Of a stretch of 64,000 nucleotides of DNA, positions 48,543-58,560 are shown piece by piece. Position numbers and translations under genes: made by a program. Source of the DNA: a virus; IMG/VR virus record IMGVR_UViG_2545824693_000007, positions 925 through 64,924 of that record; one strand, written 5' to 3'. The notes under the pieces were generated by a model. The model was not told the origin of the DNA, did no database searches, and saw nothing but the letters and a program-made list of their open reading frames with translations. Position 1 is the stretch's first letter. Every line of letters starts with the position of its first letter.

Positions 48543-48795
48543 CGGTTCTCACCCTTTCCTTTAAAACAGTTTTTTATTGAGTAATCTTTTCATAGTCCTC
48601 AAATTGCAACTGCCTTTCATGTGGATATCCTTTTGGTTTAATAAAAGGGGTCCGTATCTCTCTCCTACCCCGTTTACCTCTACAATGCTGCCCGCTTTCA
48701 AGACGATACCGTCTCTAAATAAAATGTCTTTTTTCAGCAAGATTTTATCTCCTACTCTCATTATCTCTCCCCTTTCTTTTAAAACAGTCTTTTTA

Positions 48796-49047
48796 TCAAA
48801 AATCCCAGTTACCTATCTTCACTTCCATTGAAGGAGAATTTGCAACTATCCTCGCTTCAAGTTCAATCCTTTTGGATTCACCGTCTCTATTCATCAATCC
48901 ATAAACTAGGACTGTTCCCTTGTTTTTTAGAATTATCCCATAATCCTTAATCTCATCTGGACTATCTTTATACCAAACTACTTTGATGGGGTTCCCCACC
49001 TTCGCAATTACAGGATCAAAAACAACAACTTTCTTTTTAGTTAACAT
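48796..49047 (-). CDS. Hypothetical protein
   Basis: 83-aa ORF with GGAG RBS. Confidence 0.5.
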   Translation of the reverse strand: MLTKKKVVVFDPVIAKVGNPIKVVWYKDSPDEIKDYGIILKNKGTVLVYGLMNRDGESKRIELEARIVANSPSMEVKIGNWDF

Positions 49048-49245
49048 AAGCGACTCCTTTTCATTTTAATTTCCCTCTAATGCTTCAATGATTTCTTCCA
49101 ATTGATCTCTGCTTAACCGATAGTACCTAGTTCCATTCGCAGTGTTTGTTCACGGGATTTTGTTTTCGATCATCAATTTTAACTCTTCTATTAAAATTTT
49201 GTGTTTCACTGCAATCCCCCTCATCTTCCCTTTAAAACTTCAATT

Positions 49246-49542
49246 TTATTTAATTTCCCGTTCATGAATTGTATAAAGGACATCTGGACAATCATAAAAG
49301 AGTGAGTCTCCTTCAGGCTCTTGCACTTTAGTCGTCTGATAAAGTTCTTTAAACCTCTTTACTTCCTCATCGTTACGCAATTTAAGTTCAAAGAGAGGCA
49401 TCCCTACAACGCTCACTCTTGTGTTCCCAGACCACCCCTCTTGTTCCAGTCGCTTGATTGTTTCCCACATCTCATCCAAGGAATTATGAAACACTTCTAT
49501 AACCATCTTTTTGGTTTGTTTTTTAATAAACATCCTAACCAT
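49246..49542 (-). CDS. Hypothetical protein
   Basis: 98-aa ORF. Confidence 0.55.
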   Translation of the reverse strand: MVRMFIKKQTKKMVIEVFHNSLDEMWETIKRLEQEGWSGNTRVSVVGMPLFELKLRNDEEVKRFKELYQTTKVQEPEGDSLFYDCPDVLYTIHEREIK

Positions 49543-49561
49543 CCTTTTAATTATTTTGAAA

Positions 49562-49819
49562 CTAATTCTTCATCCACGACTTTATGTTTTCTTTGAGCAG
49601 GACAACAACCACTACACCCCCCAACAAAGTCATGGCCGCGATAAAAGCCTTTTTGTTTCCCAGGAAAAACTCAGCCACATCCGCATCCATCTGATCTAGT
49701 TCTTTTTGAGCTTCCCTTACCAGATCTCTTTCAAGGATTTGATCGACAAAAACCATTTTGACTCCTGCTAAGAATCCAATAGCCAACCAAACGAGTAAAG
49801 CGATCCCCAAATAGAACAC
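49562..49819 (-). CDS. Small membrane protein
   Basis: Two hydrophobic helices. Confidence 0.55.
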   Translation of the reverse strand: MFYLGIALLVWLAIGFLAGVKMVFVDQILERDLVREAQKELDQMDADVAEFFLGNKKAFIAAMTLLGGVVVVVLLKENIKSWMKN

Positions 49820-50061
49820 TTTATCCCCTACTTTTTTATTTTTTAATTTGTATAAAATACATCTTTTATTTAAAACAATGATTTAATCATACTTTTAATT
49901 AGCGTTTCGACTTCTTCATTACCACAAAATATTCGAATCGACTTGAATATGTACGTTTATTGCAGTTATGTAGTACTGTTTCTACACATCTTTTTGAAAT
50001 ACGTTGAGCACACTCCCATCCTACTGCCTCTTTTTCTCTAATTCTTTTTAATAAGCTAATT

Positions 50062-50292
50062 TTATTGTAATCTTTCATAAAAATTTTCGTCGGGTATGCT
50101 GCAATCATTCTCTTCCCTCTCCTCAATGAGTTCATTCAGTATGTATGTTGCTTCCTGGGCGTTTTCGATAACAAAATGCAAGTCCCCGATTGCCCGTCTG
50201 AAATCCCCTTGTTTCATGTCATGTAGTGCTCTACTGTGTGAATCAAGTATCTTCTTCATCTTTTGAAAAACAATCTCTATCTTTAACACCAC
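50062..50292 (-). CDS. Hypothetical protein
   Basis: 76-aa ORF. Confidence 0.5.
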   Translation of the reverse strand: MVLKIEIVFQKMKKILDSHSRALHDMKQGDFRRAIGDLHFVIENAQEATYILNELIEEREENDCSIPDENFYERLQ

Positions 50293-50407
50293 CCTTTTTA
50301 TACTTTTAATTTGTTTAAATTGTATTATACAGAAAATGTTTAGTCAATAGGGATTTGAAAAGTCATTAAATTTATTTACTTTCATCCATCCCTATTGACA
50401 TTGACTG

Positions 50408-50602
50408 TCATCTGATTTTGAAGATGAACTCGTTGATTTCATTTCTTAACTTCACTATATCTTCAGTGGTAATCGTTAATTTCAAATTGCTCTCGGTTTT
50501 GTCATGAAGGACTATCACGGCCGAAAACTTATTAGACGAAAGACTTTTGCTCTTCAATTTGATTTCAATGTTATCTAAGGCAATATCAATTGATATATCC
50601 AT
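50408..50602 (-). CDS. Hypothetical protein
   Basis: 64-aa ORF. Confidence 0.5.
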   Translation of the reverse strand: MDISIDIALDNIEIKLKSKSLSSNKFSAVIVLHDKTESNLKLTITTEDIVKLRNEINEFIFKIR

Positions 50603-50615
50603 TTCAGTTGTCCTT

Positions 50616-50894
50616 TTAAATTTTAATCATTTGATTCAATGCTGCATTTGTATCCTCTATATAGCCGTCTTCCCATTCTTCTGTGTCTTCAACTTCATAC
50701 TCAAGGTTACAGATATCAAACTCTTCAGCTTCCCCGTCTATATTTATAAAAACAATTTTGTAAGCCTCTTGCAATTTCTCAAGTAAAAATTCAGCTTTGT
50801 TTTTTGAAGATTTCACAGAGTCTGCTGAATTCTCAATGAAAGTGTCAATCTGTAGTAAGCAATTGTTTAGATATTTTTGTTGTGCCATTATCAT
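50616..50894 (-). CDS. Acidic protein downstream of an SOS box, candidate induction factor
   Basis: 92 aa, acidic C-terminus; LexA box about 25 nt upstream. Confidence 0.55.
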   Translation of the reverse strand: MIMAQQKYLNNCLLQIDTFIENSADSVKSSKNKAEFLLEKLQEAYKIVFINIDGEAEEFDICNLEYEVEDTEEWEDGYIEDTNAALNQMIKI

Positions 50895-50918
50895 TTCCCC
50901 TATATAATGAATTTCCGG

Positions 50919-50938
50919 AACAGAACACTTGTTCTGTT
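50919..50938. promoter_or_regulatory. LexA (SOS/Cheo) box
   Basis: AACA-GAAC-ACTT-GTTC-TGTT matches GAAC-N4-GTTC; lies downstream of a TAGAAA-17-TATAAT promoter (50953-50981, minus strand). Confidence 0.7.
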
Positions 50939-51275
50939 TTGTTCGTGAGTTTATTATACCTCTTTTTGCTAAACATTTCTAGAGGTATTTTTATATCCTC
51001 AAATCACTAGACTAAAAGACCTTATTTATAATATTCTGAAAGTATATCCTAAATAAAAAGGACTTATGACTCATTATACTCACCAACATCTCTTCGTTCC
51101 GTATGACTATGTTACTATATGTCAATTCTTAAGAGAATAGCTATTTTTGTCTCATTATGTCGAATAGACTCATTTGAATGGATTTCTCCGATAAATTTAC
51201 TCAAAATTTTATTGAATTTTCAAATCTAATTTTTAGTAAAATAAAAAAGCACCCCTACTCTGGGCGCTCATTTCA

Positions 51276-52289
51276 TTAACGCATTTTAATGCCGTCTTTA
51301 ATTCCAAGTTCTTTAGCGTAATACTTTTTAATCTCTTCTTCATTTACATACTGTTTGATGCTATAAATTTTTTTAGATAAGTCATCATACCGTTCACTTC
51401 TTTTGTTGATGATCTGCTCATAATCCTTTTTCTCTAATTTACCCTTTTCCTTATATATTTTATAGCCTTCATACAAAACACCAGATCTATTTATCCTTGT
51501 CGGATTTAAGAAAGGGTAATCATTAACTTCTGGGGCCAATACAGTCCTCATCGTATAAACAACAACATTAAAAGAAGATCTCTCTAAGTCTTTTTGGGTA
51601 CTTGTTTTTTTATTCCGAATAACATATTCATTATCCGCTAATGTAAACATACTCCCTTTTGATGATTCTGAAGCTCCATTCTTGTTATGATATTTATTTT
51701 CATCTGCTGAAAGAATGCATTCATTTAGACATTTATCGCTGACCTTGATTTCCCTTGAGCCATATTTATCATCATGCACAGTTAAGATGTTTCCGTTTTC
51801 TTTGGCTTTTAGAACATCGGCTTTTTTTAAATTACGTATTTCACTACATCTATGCCCCTGAACTCCATCAAACAGCAGCATAAACATAGCTCTATCCCTA
51901 TGATTAACTAAAGTGTCAATAATCCCTTCAAATTCATTAGCAGTAATATAAAGTTTTTTTCCTTCGTCAATACAATTTTTAACATCTTCAATTGTCAGAT
52001 CTCTAGACAAGTTTGTAGTGCCTTTAGTTATTTTTTGATAAATCGCCCAATCAATATACTTTGTAATGTGTGACCAGCAGCTCAATAAAGATGAAGTTGT
52101 AGATCTATTCAAGAGTGTCAAATAATCAAGGATTTCATTAGAGTTAAAATCATAAAGATCTTTCTTTAAAAATTTTTCAACCTCTGCTCCTCTTCTAAAT
52201 ATAGAAAGGATTTGAGGCACCTCTTTCTCATTGACTATTTCTAAAAATTTATTCTTTATATCCTCATTATATAATTTCATTATAAGCAC
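51276..52289 (-). CDS. yopR: Integrase-fold master repressor (YopR/MrpR/SroF-like)
   Basis: SAM-like N-terminus plus a degenerate tyrosine-recombinase core; last gene of the operon after aimP. Confidence 0.8.
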   Translation of the reverse strand: MLIMKLYNEDIKNKFLEIVNEKEVPQILSIFRRGAEVEKFLKKDLYDFNSNEILDYLTLLNRSTTSSLLSCWSHITKYIDWAIYQKITKGTTNLSRDLTIEDVKNCIDEGKKLYITANEFEGIIDTLVNHRDRAMFMLLFDGVQGHRCSEIRNLKKADVLKAKENGNILTVHDDKYGSREIKVSDKCLNECILSADENKYHNKNGASESSKGSMFTLADNEYVIRNKKTSTQKDLERSSFNVVVYTMRTVLAPEVNDYPFLNPTRINRSGVLYEGYKIYKEKGKLEKKDYEQIINKRSERYDDLSKKIYSIKQYVNEEEIKKYYAKELGIKDGIKMR

Positions 52290-52297
52290 CTCTAAAC

Positions 52298-53674
52298 TTA
52301 GACATCTAACTTGGAAAAGTAATCAATCACATGTTTTAAGCCGTACCTAAACTGAACATGCTTTTTATTATTTAATACTTTTAGACTTTTCCATAGATCG
52401 TTATCCATGGAAAAATCCACATTCAAAAGTGCCTTATCGATTTCCTCGGCAGATTTTGATTCCTGTTTCATTTTTACTCCTAATGCTAAAATGCCTATTA
52501 TAATAGGAGACGCGGTGATTAGACTTCTTCTCTCTTTGCCAAATGAATGATTTGTAAAATCATCAATATATGAATTAAAAACAGTGTTGAACACTTCTGT
52601 AAGATACATGCCCAACTTTCTTGCCTCAGCTAAATTATCCACTTTGTAATTTAAAGCATTGAGAACCATTTTTAATCCTGAAACAAACCTTTGGAATGTA
52701 ATGACGAATTTTTCATTTCTAAAAATTTCATCACTATTTACTTTAATGTACTCACCTATATCACTGTTATCTCTAATAAAATTAATAATAGTTGACAGAT
52801 AATCATTCTCACTCATTTCTGCAACTTTAGATTTTGCTACAGGGTTGATGGTGTTTTGTTGTCCAAAATGTTTTCTCGCTTTTTTCATTGTATAGTTATA
52901 CAAATCAACTTTCAAATAAAAATCGTTAACGCTTGGATTCCTTCTGAATGCTCTATTTATACCGTTCAATCTGTGCCATCCATCAATCACATCTAATTGC
53001 GTCCCTTTAGTGACAGTTAATTTTCTCTCTTCCGGATCAAATAACAGTTCAATTCCCTCTTCTGAGCTGCCTAATAAGGCATTGAAAGTCAATACTGATT
53101 TATTTAAATCATTTTGTTCCACTAATTTTGCAATTGCTTCAACCGAAGCCTCAACAAGATCGGGAACTGGTATTTCATCTTCAATCTCTTCGATATAAAG
53201 TGTTTTATCTGTTCTCTGAGCTTTTGGATTATAGCGCAATAACTGTGATTCATATAGTTTATGCAGTTCACTTGCCTTAACAAGAAAAATAAAATTATCT
53301 TCTGAAACCTTTGTTACATCTGTGAATGTATAAGGAAATGAAACCTCTTCACTCTCATAACCCTCCCAATTTAATTCCATCTCCTTAATGCGGTTAGGGG
53401 GAAAATAATTTTCCGGTGAAATTGTTTCATCTCTTGTTAAAGTATACAAATTTTTTGCAAGAAAATATTTTTCAATTGTTGTAAAAACAGCATTTGGATT
53501 ACTCAATTGTTTAAAAAGCTCCTGCGTTTTACCAGGCTGGAATTTATCTTTAGCCATCAAATTTCTAAAAGAAATCATTAATTTATTATCGTGTTGTATT
53601 TTTAATTTAATATCAAGTAGCCCATCCATTAATTTTTTATCTGCTTCCGCATCAAAAATGATTGGAGAATTCAT
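52298..53674 (-). CDS. yopQ: DndB/ParB-like protein (YopQ/SroE-like)
   Basis: VIDGWHRL; 458 aa; position. Confidence 0.8.
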   Translation of the reverse strand: MNSPIIFDAEADKKLMDGLLDIKLKIQHDNKLMISFRNLMAKDKFQPGKTQELFKQLSNPNAVFTTIEKYFLAKNLYTLTRDETISPENYFPPNRIKEMELNWEGYESEEVSFPYTFTDVTKVSEDNFIFLVKASELHKLYESQLLRYNPKAQRTDKTLYIEEIEDEIPVPDLVEASVEAIAKLVEQNDLNKSVLTFNALLGSSEEGIELLFDPEERKLTVTKGTQLDVIDGWHRLNGINRAFRRNPSVNDFYLKVDLYNYTMKKARKHFGQQNTINPVAKSKVAEMSENDYLSTIINFIRDNSDIGEYIKVNSDEIFRNEKFVITFQRFVSGLKMVLNALNYKVDNLAEARKLGMYLTEVFNTVFNSYIDDFTNHSFGKERRSLITASPIIIGILALGVKMKQESKSAEEIDKALLNVDFSMDNDLWKSLKVLNNKKHVQFRYGLKHVIDYFSKLDV

Positions 53675-53731
53675 TACATCACCTCATTTAATCTAAATTA
53701 AATGTAGCAGATCGCCTTTTTTTAATCAAGA

Positions 53732-54832
53732 TTATAATGGTTTAACCGCGAAAAAATGTAATGCCTTTCTTAAAGTTTGTTTATCACACTGCTCAAAAAA
53801 ACGTAAGAATTCTTCTTTTGTAATGTCTTTCAAAATTGATACATCTAATTCTTCATCCATTATAATACCTGCAGTCTGTGAAATGTCTTTATTATCATTT
53901 AAATAACGTAGTGTTGTGTCGAATCTGCTGTGGTCTGCTTGCTTCATTGCAGCTCTATAATCTTTCCCTGTCGCCTCAAATACTTCAGTTATTCCCACAC
54001 CCCTAAATGAATGAGGCACTATACCTTTTTCTTCTGGTATTCCAAGTCTTTTTAATGCACGCTTTAGAGATTCTCTAAAAGCGTCTTCAGAAAGTCCTTC
54101 AAACACTCTGTCAGTGTCTTTTGTTTCTTCGCTCCTTAATGCAAGTAACTGTTCATAGAACACTCTGTGTATACCTGTAGTACGCAATTTCGCCCCCTTG
54201 TCAATGACAGTGACTCTAAACCAATCTGGGTTTTCAGCAGAAACCTCAAAATCACACCATCTAACGTACAGGGCAGCCGATATTCTGAAAGATGATCTAA
54301 GCAAAAAACCTCCGAACAATTTTTTTAAAAGTGGTTTTTGCTTTTCATAAATGAACATATTTTCACAGATCATCTCTGCTTGAATTTGGGAAGTGTTTGC
54401 CCTAGTTCTCTTTATTTCAGGACTTCTTTTAATTTTATAGAAAGCATCATCGTCTACAAATTCAGGATATAGTCTCTTGAGCTCCGAGTGAAGCGATTTC
54501 AATGCCGCGATCTTTCGATTAATTGTTGTGTTAGCTAATCCCTTTTGTGCAAGATGGTGTTTAAATGCCAAAACATCTGACCTTTTAAAAGACAGATGCT
54601 CCTCTTTTAAAAATTCAATTTCAGTTTTACAATAAAATCTAAAGAACTGCTTTATATCACCTAAATAATTTATTGCTGTGTTAGATTGAAGTCCATACTT
54701 GGATTTTTTCTTTTGTTTTCTGTCAAATCCCTTAACATTCCCGGCCAAGCTTTCGGTGTCTTTCTCTCTTAAATAGGTTAAAATATCATTAAAGACCGAG
54801 TATTCCCGGATAGGCTTAACTTCAGCACCCAT
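53732..54832 (-). CDS. yopP: Tyrosine-recombinase-fold protein (YopP/SroD-like)
   Basis: SFRISA, PHSFR, ADHS...TTLRY; position. Confidence 0.82.
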   Translation of the reverse strand: MGAEVKPIREYSVFNDILTYLREKDTESLAGNVKGFDRKQKKKSKYGLQSNTAINYLGDIKQFFRFYCKTEIEFLKEEHLSFKRSDVLAFKHHLAQKGLANTTINRKIAALKSLHSELKRLYPEFVDDDAFYKIKRSPEIKRTRANTSQIQAEMICENMFIYEKQKPLLKKLFGGFLLRSSFRISAALYVRWCDFEVSAENPDWFRVTVIDKGAKLRTTGIHRVFYEQLLALRSEETKDTDRVFEGLSEDAFRESLKRALKRLGIPEEKGIVPHSFRGVGITEVFEATGKDYRAAMKQADHSRFDTTLRYLNDNKDISQTAGIIMDEELDVSILKDITKEEFLRFFEQCDKQTLRKALHFFAVKPL

Positions 54833-54892
54833 TATCCGTGCCCCCTTTTCACAAGATATATTATGTATTCAATTTATACTTTTAATTTGTGT

Positions 54893-55195
54893 TTATTTAG
54901 ATAAAAAAACTCTAAATTCGTTTAATGCGTCCTCTTTTATGTCTAATAAAAATTTTAGAGCTTCTTTATTTTTTTCTTTCTTTTCAAATAGATCACTACA
55001 AGTTATTCTAATAATTTTAATCGATTCGTTTATTTGCTTAAAAAATTCATCTATTCTTAATTTCGCTCTAAACAACTCCATTGAGCTGTTGGATTGTAAT
55101 AATTGATGTCTAATATGTAGCCTTTCGTCTTGAAACGTTTTTAAAACCTCTTCATAATCATTATCTACTTTTAATTTATTTTTTATATTCCTCAT
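54893..55195 (-). CDS. YopN/SroB-like protein
   Basis: 100 aa, second gene after aimP. Confidence 0.55.
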   Translation of the reverse strand: MRNIKNKLKVDNDYEEVLKTFQDERLHIRHQLLQSNSSMELFRAKLRIDEFFKQINESIKIIRITCSDLFEKKEKNKEALKFLLDIKEDALNEFRVFLSK

Positions 55196-55401
55196 TTATT
55201 TTCTCCTATTTGTGCACTTAGTAGCGCCATATAACCTTTAGTGAGTTCTTTTCTAATATTTTTTCTCTTTTCTTTATCTAGCTGCTCTTTTTCATGTTCA
55301 ACATCAAAAATCCATTTATCTCCATACTTTCTCAATTTATTTTCATATGCTTGTTTAAAGTACTCAATTGTGTTATTGCTTTGTTGCCCACATGGAATCA
55401 T
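55192..55401 (-). CDS. YopM/SroA-like protein
   Basis: 69 aa, first gene after aimP. Confidence 0.55.
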   Translation of the reverse strand: MIPCGQQSNNTIEYFKQAYENKLRKYGDKWIFDVEHEKEQLDKEKRKNIRKELTKGYMALLSAQIGENK

Positions 55402-55445
55402 AATCTAAACCCCTCTCTAACTAAACTATTTATTAATATATTATC

Positions 55446-55474
55446 ATTTTAATTGATATAAGAAGCTTTGTAAA
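55446..55474 (-). promoter_or_regulatory. Sigma-A promoter downstream of aimP
   Basis: TTTACA-17-TAAAAT. Confidence 0.6.
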
Positions 55475-55502
55475 CCCTTTTAGATTATTTTTCCACGACA
55501 AA

Positions 55503-55537
55503 TAGCACATTCTTTTTGGCTCTTTTTGAATGTGCTA
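55503..55537. promoter_or_regulatory. Candidate AimR operator
   Basis: Perfect 10-bp arms TAGCACATTC-15-GAATGTGCTA, upstream of the -35 box. Confidence 0.55.
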
Positions 55538-55664
55538 CATGATTTATGATTTTACTGAAATGCAGAATTTGAATTTTAATAAAATTTCTAAGAAAATGGA
55601 AAAGACGCTTGACTAAAGTGTCAAACGTCCAGTTATGTACTCAATATTCCACTTTTAATTTACA

Positions 55665-55790
55665 TTAAGCTCCCCGTGGAAATCCTGCAATATAATATCC
55701 ACCTTCAGCTTGATGTGTTGATTCTGCAACTGCAACACCAGTAATTAATAATGCTGCCACAACTGCAATACTAAATAGCCACTTCTTCAT
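55665..55790 (-). CDS. aimP: Arbitrium pre-pro-peptide, mature peptide GFPRGA
   Basis: MKKWLFSIAVVAALLITGVAVAESTHQAEGGYYIAGFPRGA; AAAGGAGGTG RBS; directly after aimR. Confidence 0.92.
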   Translation of the reverse strand: MKKWLFSIAVVAALLITGVAVAESTHQAEGGYYIAGFPRGA

Positions 55791-55820
55791 AAATTATCAC
55801 CTCCTTTCAAGTTCAGATAA

Positions 55821-56990
55821 CTATAGTGTTAAAACATCTAAGATAGCCTTGTCTAAACCTAATTTTTCTAATTCTATAATGGGCAAAGTAGTCGAAAATT
55901 TATCTCCACTAATCTTAAAGTGCTTGATTGATCTCAAAAAATGACTTTGAGAGTTATCAATTAACCCTTTTAAATAAAAATGCATTCCCAATTCATAATC
56001 ATCATGATGTAATTTTTCAATTTGCTCTAGCATTCTTTTAGCCTCATCAATGTTTCCTTTTCTAATAAGATAGTGAATAACTTCTTGCTTATCCATAATT
56101 TCATTGGACTCTATGTTCAAATATTGGTTTTCTTTATTCCACACGTTTTCTAGAAAACAAAGGCTTCTCTTTATTTGCTGTTCATAAAAATCATTTCCTT
56201 TTGCAATTTCCATACCCTTTAAAAAGATTTCCTTAGCAGAAGAGTAATCGCTAAACATTAAAGTGGTTCCATATGTAAGGTAGGAGAAAAAAATGATTCT
56301 TTTAACGTTCGAATTGTTTATGCCGTACTTGGCATACTCCCTAGCTTTTTTCAAATCATTACTACCAAAACAACAGTTTGCCAACAAAAGCATATACCTG
56401 CTTTTGTACGAATAATAAACATAATTTTGTGTTGTAATTCTATTTAAAATTACATCTTCACTCATGGCCATCAACCTAGTGAATTGATTTAATGATAATG
56501 CGGCGTACATAGGAATTAACCTTGAATAAACCTTCATTTCAGGTGATTTAGGATTAATTTCTCCTAGAATCCTTATACACTCTTCGATGCTTATCTTTCC
56601 GCAGTCGAGTTCCCTTTGGAGAGAGTATACCTTTCCCCATTCCTTACTGATTGTATTTTTAGCAGCTCTTAAGTTCTCGATATGAGTATCTAAAGTATCG
56701 TATAACTGATTTACACTTAAATATTCTAAACCTTGTCTTGCTGCAGACTTATTAGGATCTAAAGTTAGTATGTATTCACTCATTAATTCAAATTCATTAT
56801 CAGGGGATACTCTTTGAACAACATTTATTAAGCCCTGGATGTTATCCATTTCTTTTTTATCATTAAAAATAAACTGATGAAACCCAGATGAATTAGAATA
56901 TCCAGCTATTTTAGCGAGTTCTTTTTCGAGTCCTCGTTCTTCTTCACATTTGTTCTTTAATAAACTTTTCAACTCCAATTCTTTCACCAC
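55821..56990 (-). CDS. aimR: Arbitrium receptor (RRNPP/TPR)
   Basis: Resembles phi3T/SPbeta AimR (LDPNK.AARQ.LEY, EWGKVY, FFSYLT.G, CFL.NVW.KEN); GTG start inferred from RBS. Confidence 0.92.
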   Translation of the reverse strand: MVKELELKSLLKNKCEEERGLEKELAKIAGYSNSSGFHQFIFNDKKEMDNIQGLINVVQRVSPDNEFELMSEYILTLDPNKSAARQGLEYLSVNQLYDTLDTHIENLRAAKNTISKEWGKVYSLQRELDCGKISIEECIRILGEINPKSPEMKVYSRLIPMYAALSLNQFTRLMAMSEDVILNRITTQNYVYYSYKSRYMLLLANCCFGSNDLKKAREYAKYGINNSNVKRIIFFSYLTYGTTLMFSDYSSAKEIFLKGMEIAKGNDFYEQQIKRSLCFLENVWNKENQYLNIESNEIMDKQEVIHYLIRKGNIDEAKRMLEQIEKLHHDDYELGMHFYLKGLIDNSQSHFLRSIKHFKISGDKFSTTLPIIELEKLGLDKAILDVLTL

Positions 56991-57123
56991 GTTTCCCCTT
57001 TTAATATACATTCATAATATCATGGTACACATTTCTGGTCAATTATTATTTTTAATTTGTTTATAAAATTTTAAATGCACAGAAGATCGCTCTCCCCTGC
57101 GCATCACAGGTTATATAATATTT

Positions 57124-57351
57124 TCAATTTTCTTTTTTCATTAAGATATTTAAGTGCTCTCTAAGAAACTTTTCGAACTCTTCATCATTATTAAGGTCAT
57201 TGAGATCCGTTTCTTTCTTTAATATAGTTTGCTGACTGTTATACTCACTTTTCAAAGTCTCAATAAGCTGCAGAAAGCTTTTGTCGTGCTGTCGCTCCCA
57301 GATTTGAGTAATCAACCCTGCTATTCTATTAATTCGTTCACCGTCTCTCAT
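57124..57351 (-). CDS. Hypothetical protein
   Basis: 75 aa, GGAGG RBS. Confidence 0.55.
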   Translation of the reverse strand: MRDGERINRIAGLITQIWERQHDKSFLQLIETLKSEYNSQQTILKKETDLNDLNNDEEFEKFLREHLNILMKKEN

Positions 57352-57384
57352 GAAACACCTCCAAATGACTTTAAAACAATTATT

Positions 57385-57981
57385 TTATTTAAATGTTCGT
57401 AAAAATATTGAGTTCATCCATGTGAATCCATAACATTTTATATCGTGATCTATCGTAGCTATTTTTTTCTTTAAAACAAACCTGAAATCGTTTGGTTTAA
57501 ACTTCCCTTGATTATACAGATAACATGCTTCGATTATTTGCTTTAGCTCTTCCTTATCTTTTTGTCTGAAAGAAATACCATCATCCGATATATATTTTTT
57601 GTCTCGTTCCAACAATTCATCTGGAATGATTTTTTCAAATTCAGCATGAATCATATATTTTTCAATCCTAGTTCTCAAAGCTGTAAGAGAATCTAATACA
57701 AGTGAGTCATGCATTCTGAAGGTGAAATATAACAAGCCATTATAAACCGTAAAACAAAATACATAATTTCTAAATATCTCAAAGAAATTCAGTTTTTCTT
57801 CTGATACCCCAAATAAATATATAAGAATTGTTGTAGCGATTACTGCCTCCATTAAGTACAACGTAGTATGTACAACTGTATGCTTATTTAAAGTTGGTTT
57901 TTTATTTTTAAGGAACACAGTAATTGTTAATAAGCCGATTAGAGAAATTAAAAGAGTGACTGATATCCAAATATAATTCAT
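57385..57981 (-). CDS. Membrane protein
   Basis: Three N-terminal TM segments; yopI-like position. Confidence 0.6.
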   Translation of the reverse strand: MNYIWISVTLLISLIGLLTITVFLKNKKPTLNKHTVVHTTLYLMEAVIATTILIYLFGVSEEKLNFFEIFRNYVFCFTVYNGLLYFTFRMHDSLVLDSLTALRTRIEKYMIHAEFEKIIPDELLERDKKYISDDGISFRQKDKEELKQIIEACYLYNQGKFKPNDFRFVLKKKIATIDHDIKCYGFTWMNSIFLRTFK

Positions 57982-57995
57982 ACTGCTTACCTTCT

Positions 57996-58535
57996 TTATA
58001 ATTTATACTTTTTTAAATCCTCTAAGACTCTATAATGATATTCAGAATCCTCTTCCAATACGTCATATACTATTTTTGTTTTTGCGTATTCATCTGCCCA
58101 AGACATATCGAATGTATCTTGTGAGCTTACTAACAATATCTTTTTAACATTTTTAAAGAAAGTAAGATCCTTCATTAATTCTTCTCTAAGAGACTGTTTT
58201 GTTAAAGGCATAAGAGGATATACAATTACAAAATCAAAATCATTTGGCGTCTTATCCCATGTTCTTTTATTGACAGTATCAATATAAATGGTACTTCCAT
58301 TCAAATTATAAGGAACTCCTGTTTTTAAAGCTCCCGTTGCTTTCATGAACACTTTAGCATTATCTAAGCTGCTAGTTCTAAGTAAAATTCTTGATCCAGC
58401 GAAATTCTCAGTTATTGTTTTAAATACTAACTCATGTTTTTTAAACATGTTTGTCCCAGTCATCAAAGCGGTTTTCTCCTCTGACTCAATAAAAGAAAGA
58501 ATTTTTTCAATTGCTTGATCCTTATTATTGTTCAT
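57996..58535 (-). CDS. Hypothetical protein (yopH-like size and position)
   Basis: 179 aa. Confidence 0.6.
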   Translation of the reverse strand: MNNNKDQAIEKILSFIESEEKTALMTGTNMFKKHELVFKTITENFAGSRILLRTSSLDNAKVFMKATGALKTGVPYNLNGSTIYIDTVNKRTWDKTPNDFDFVIVYPLMPLTKQSLREELMKDLTFFKNVKKILLVSSQDTFDMSWADEYAKTKIVYDVLEEDSEYHYRVLEDLKKYKL

Positions 58536-58560
58536 TTGTTTCGCCCATCCTCTTCCGCCC

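Noticed and set aside
51276-54832. yopP and yopR as integrases of a separate element
   Set aside because: Synteny after aimP identifies them as the SPbeta-family repression operon; YopR lacks a full catalytic signature.
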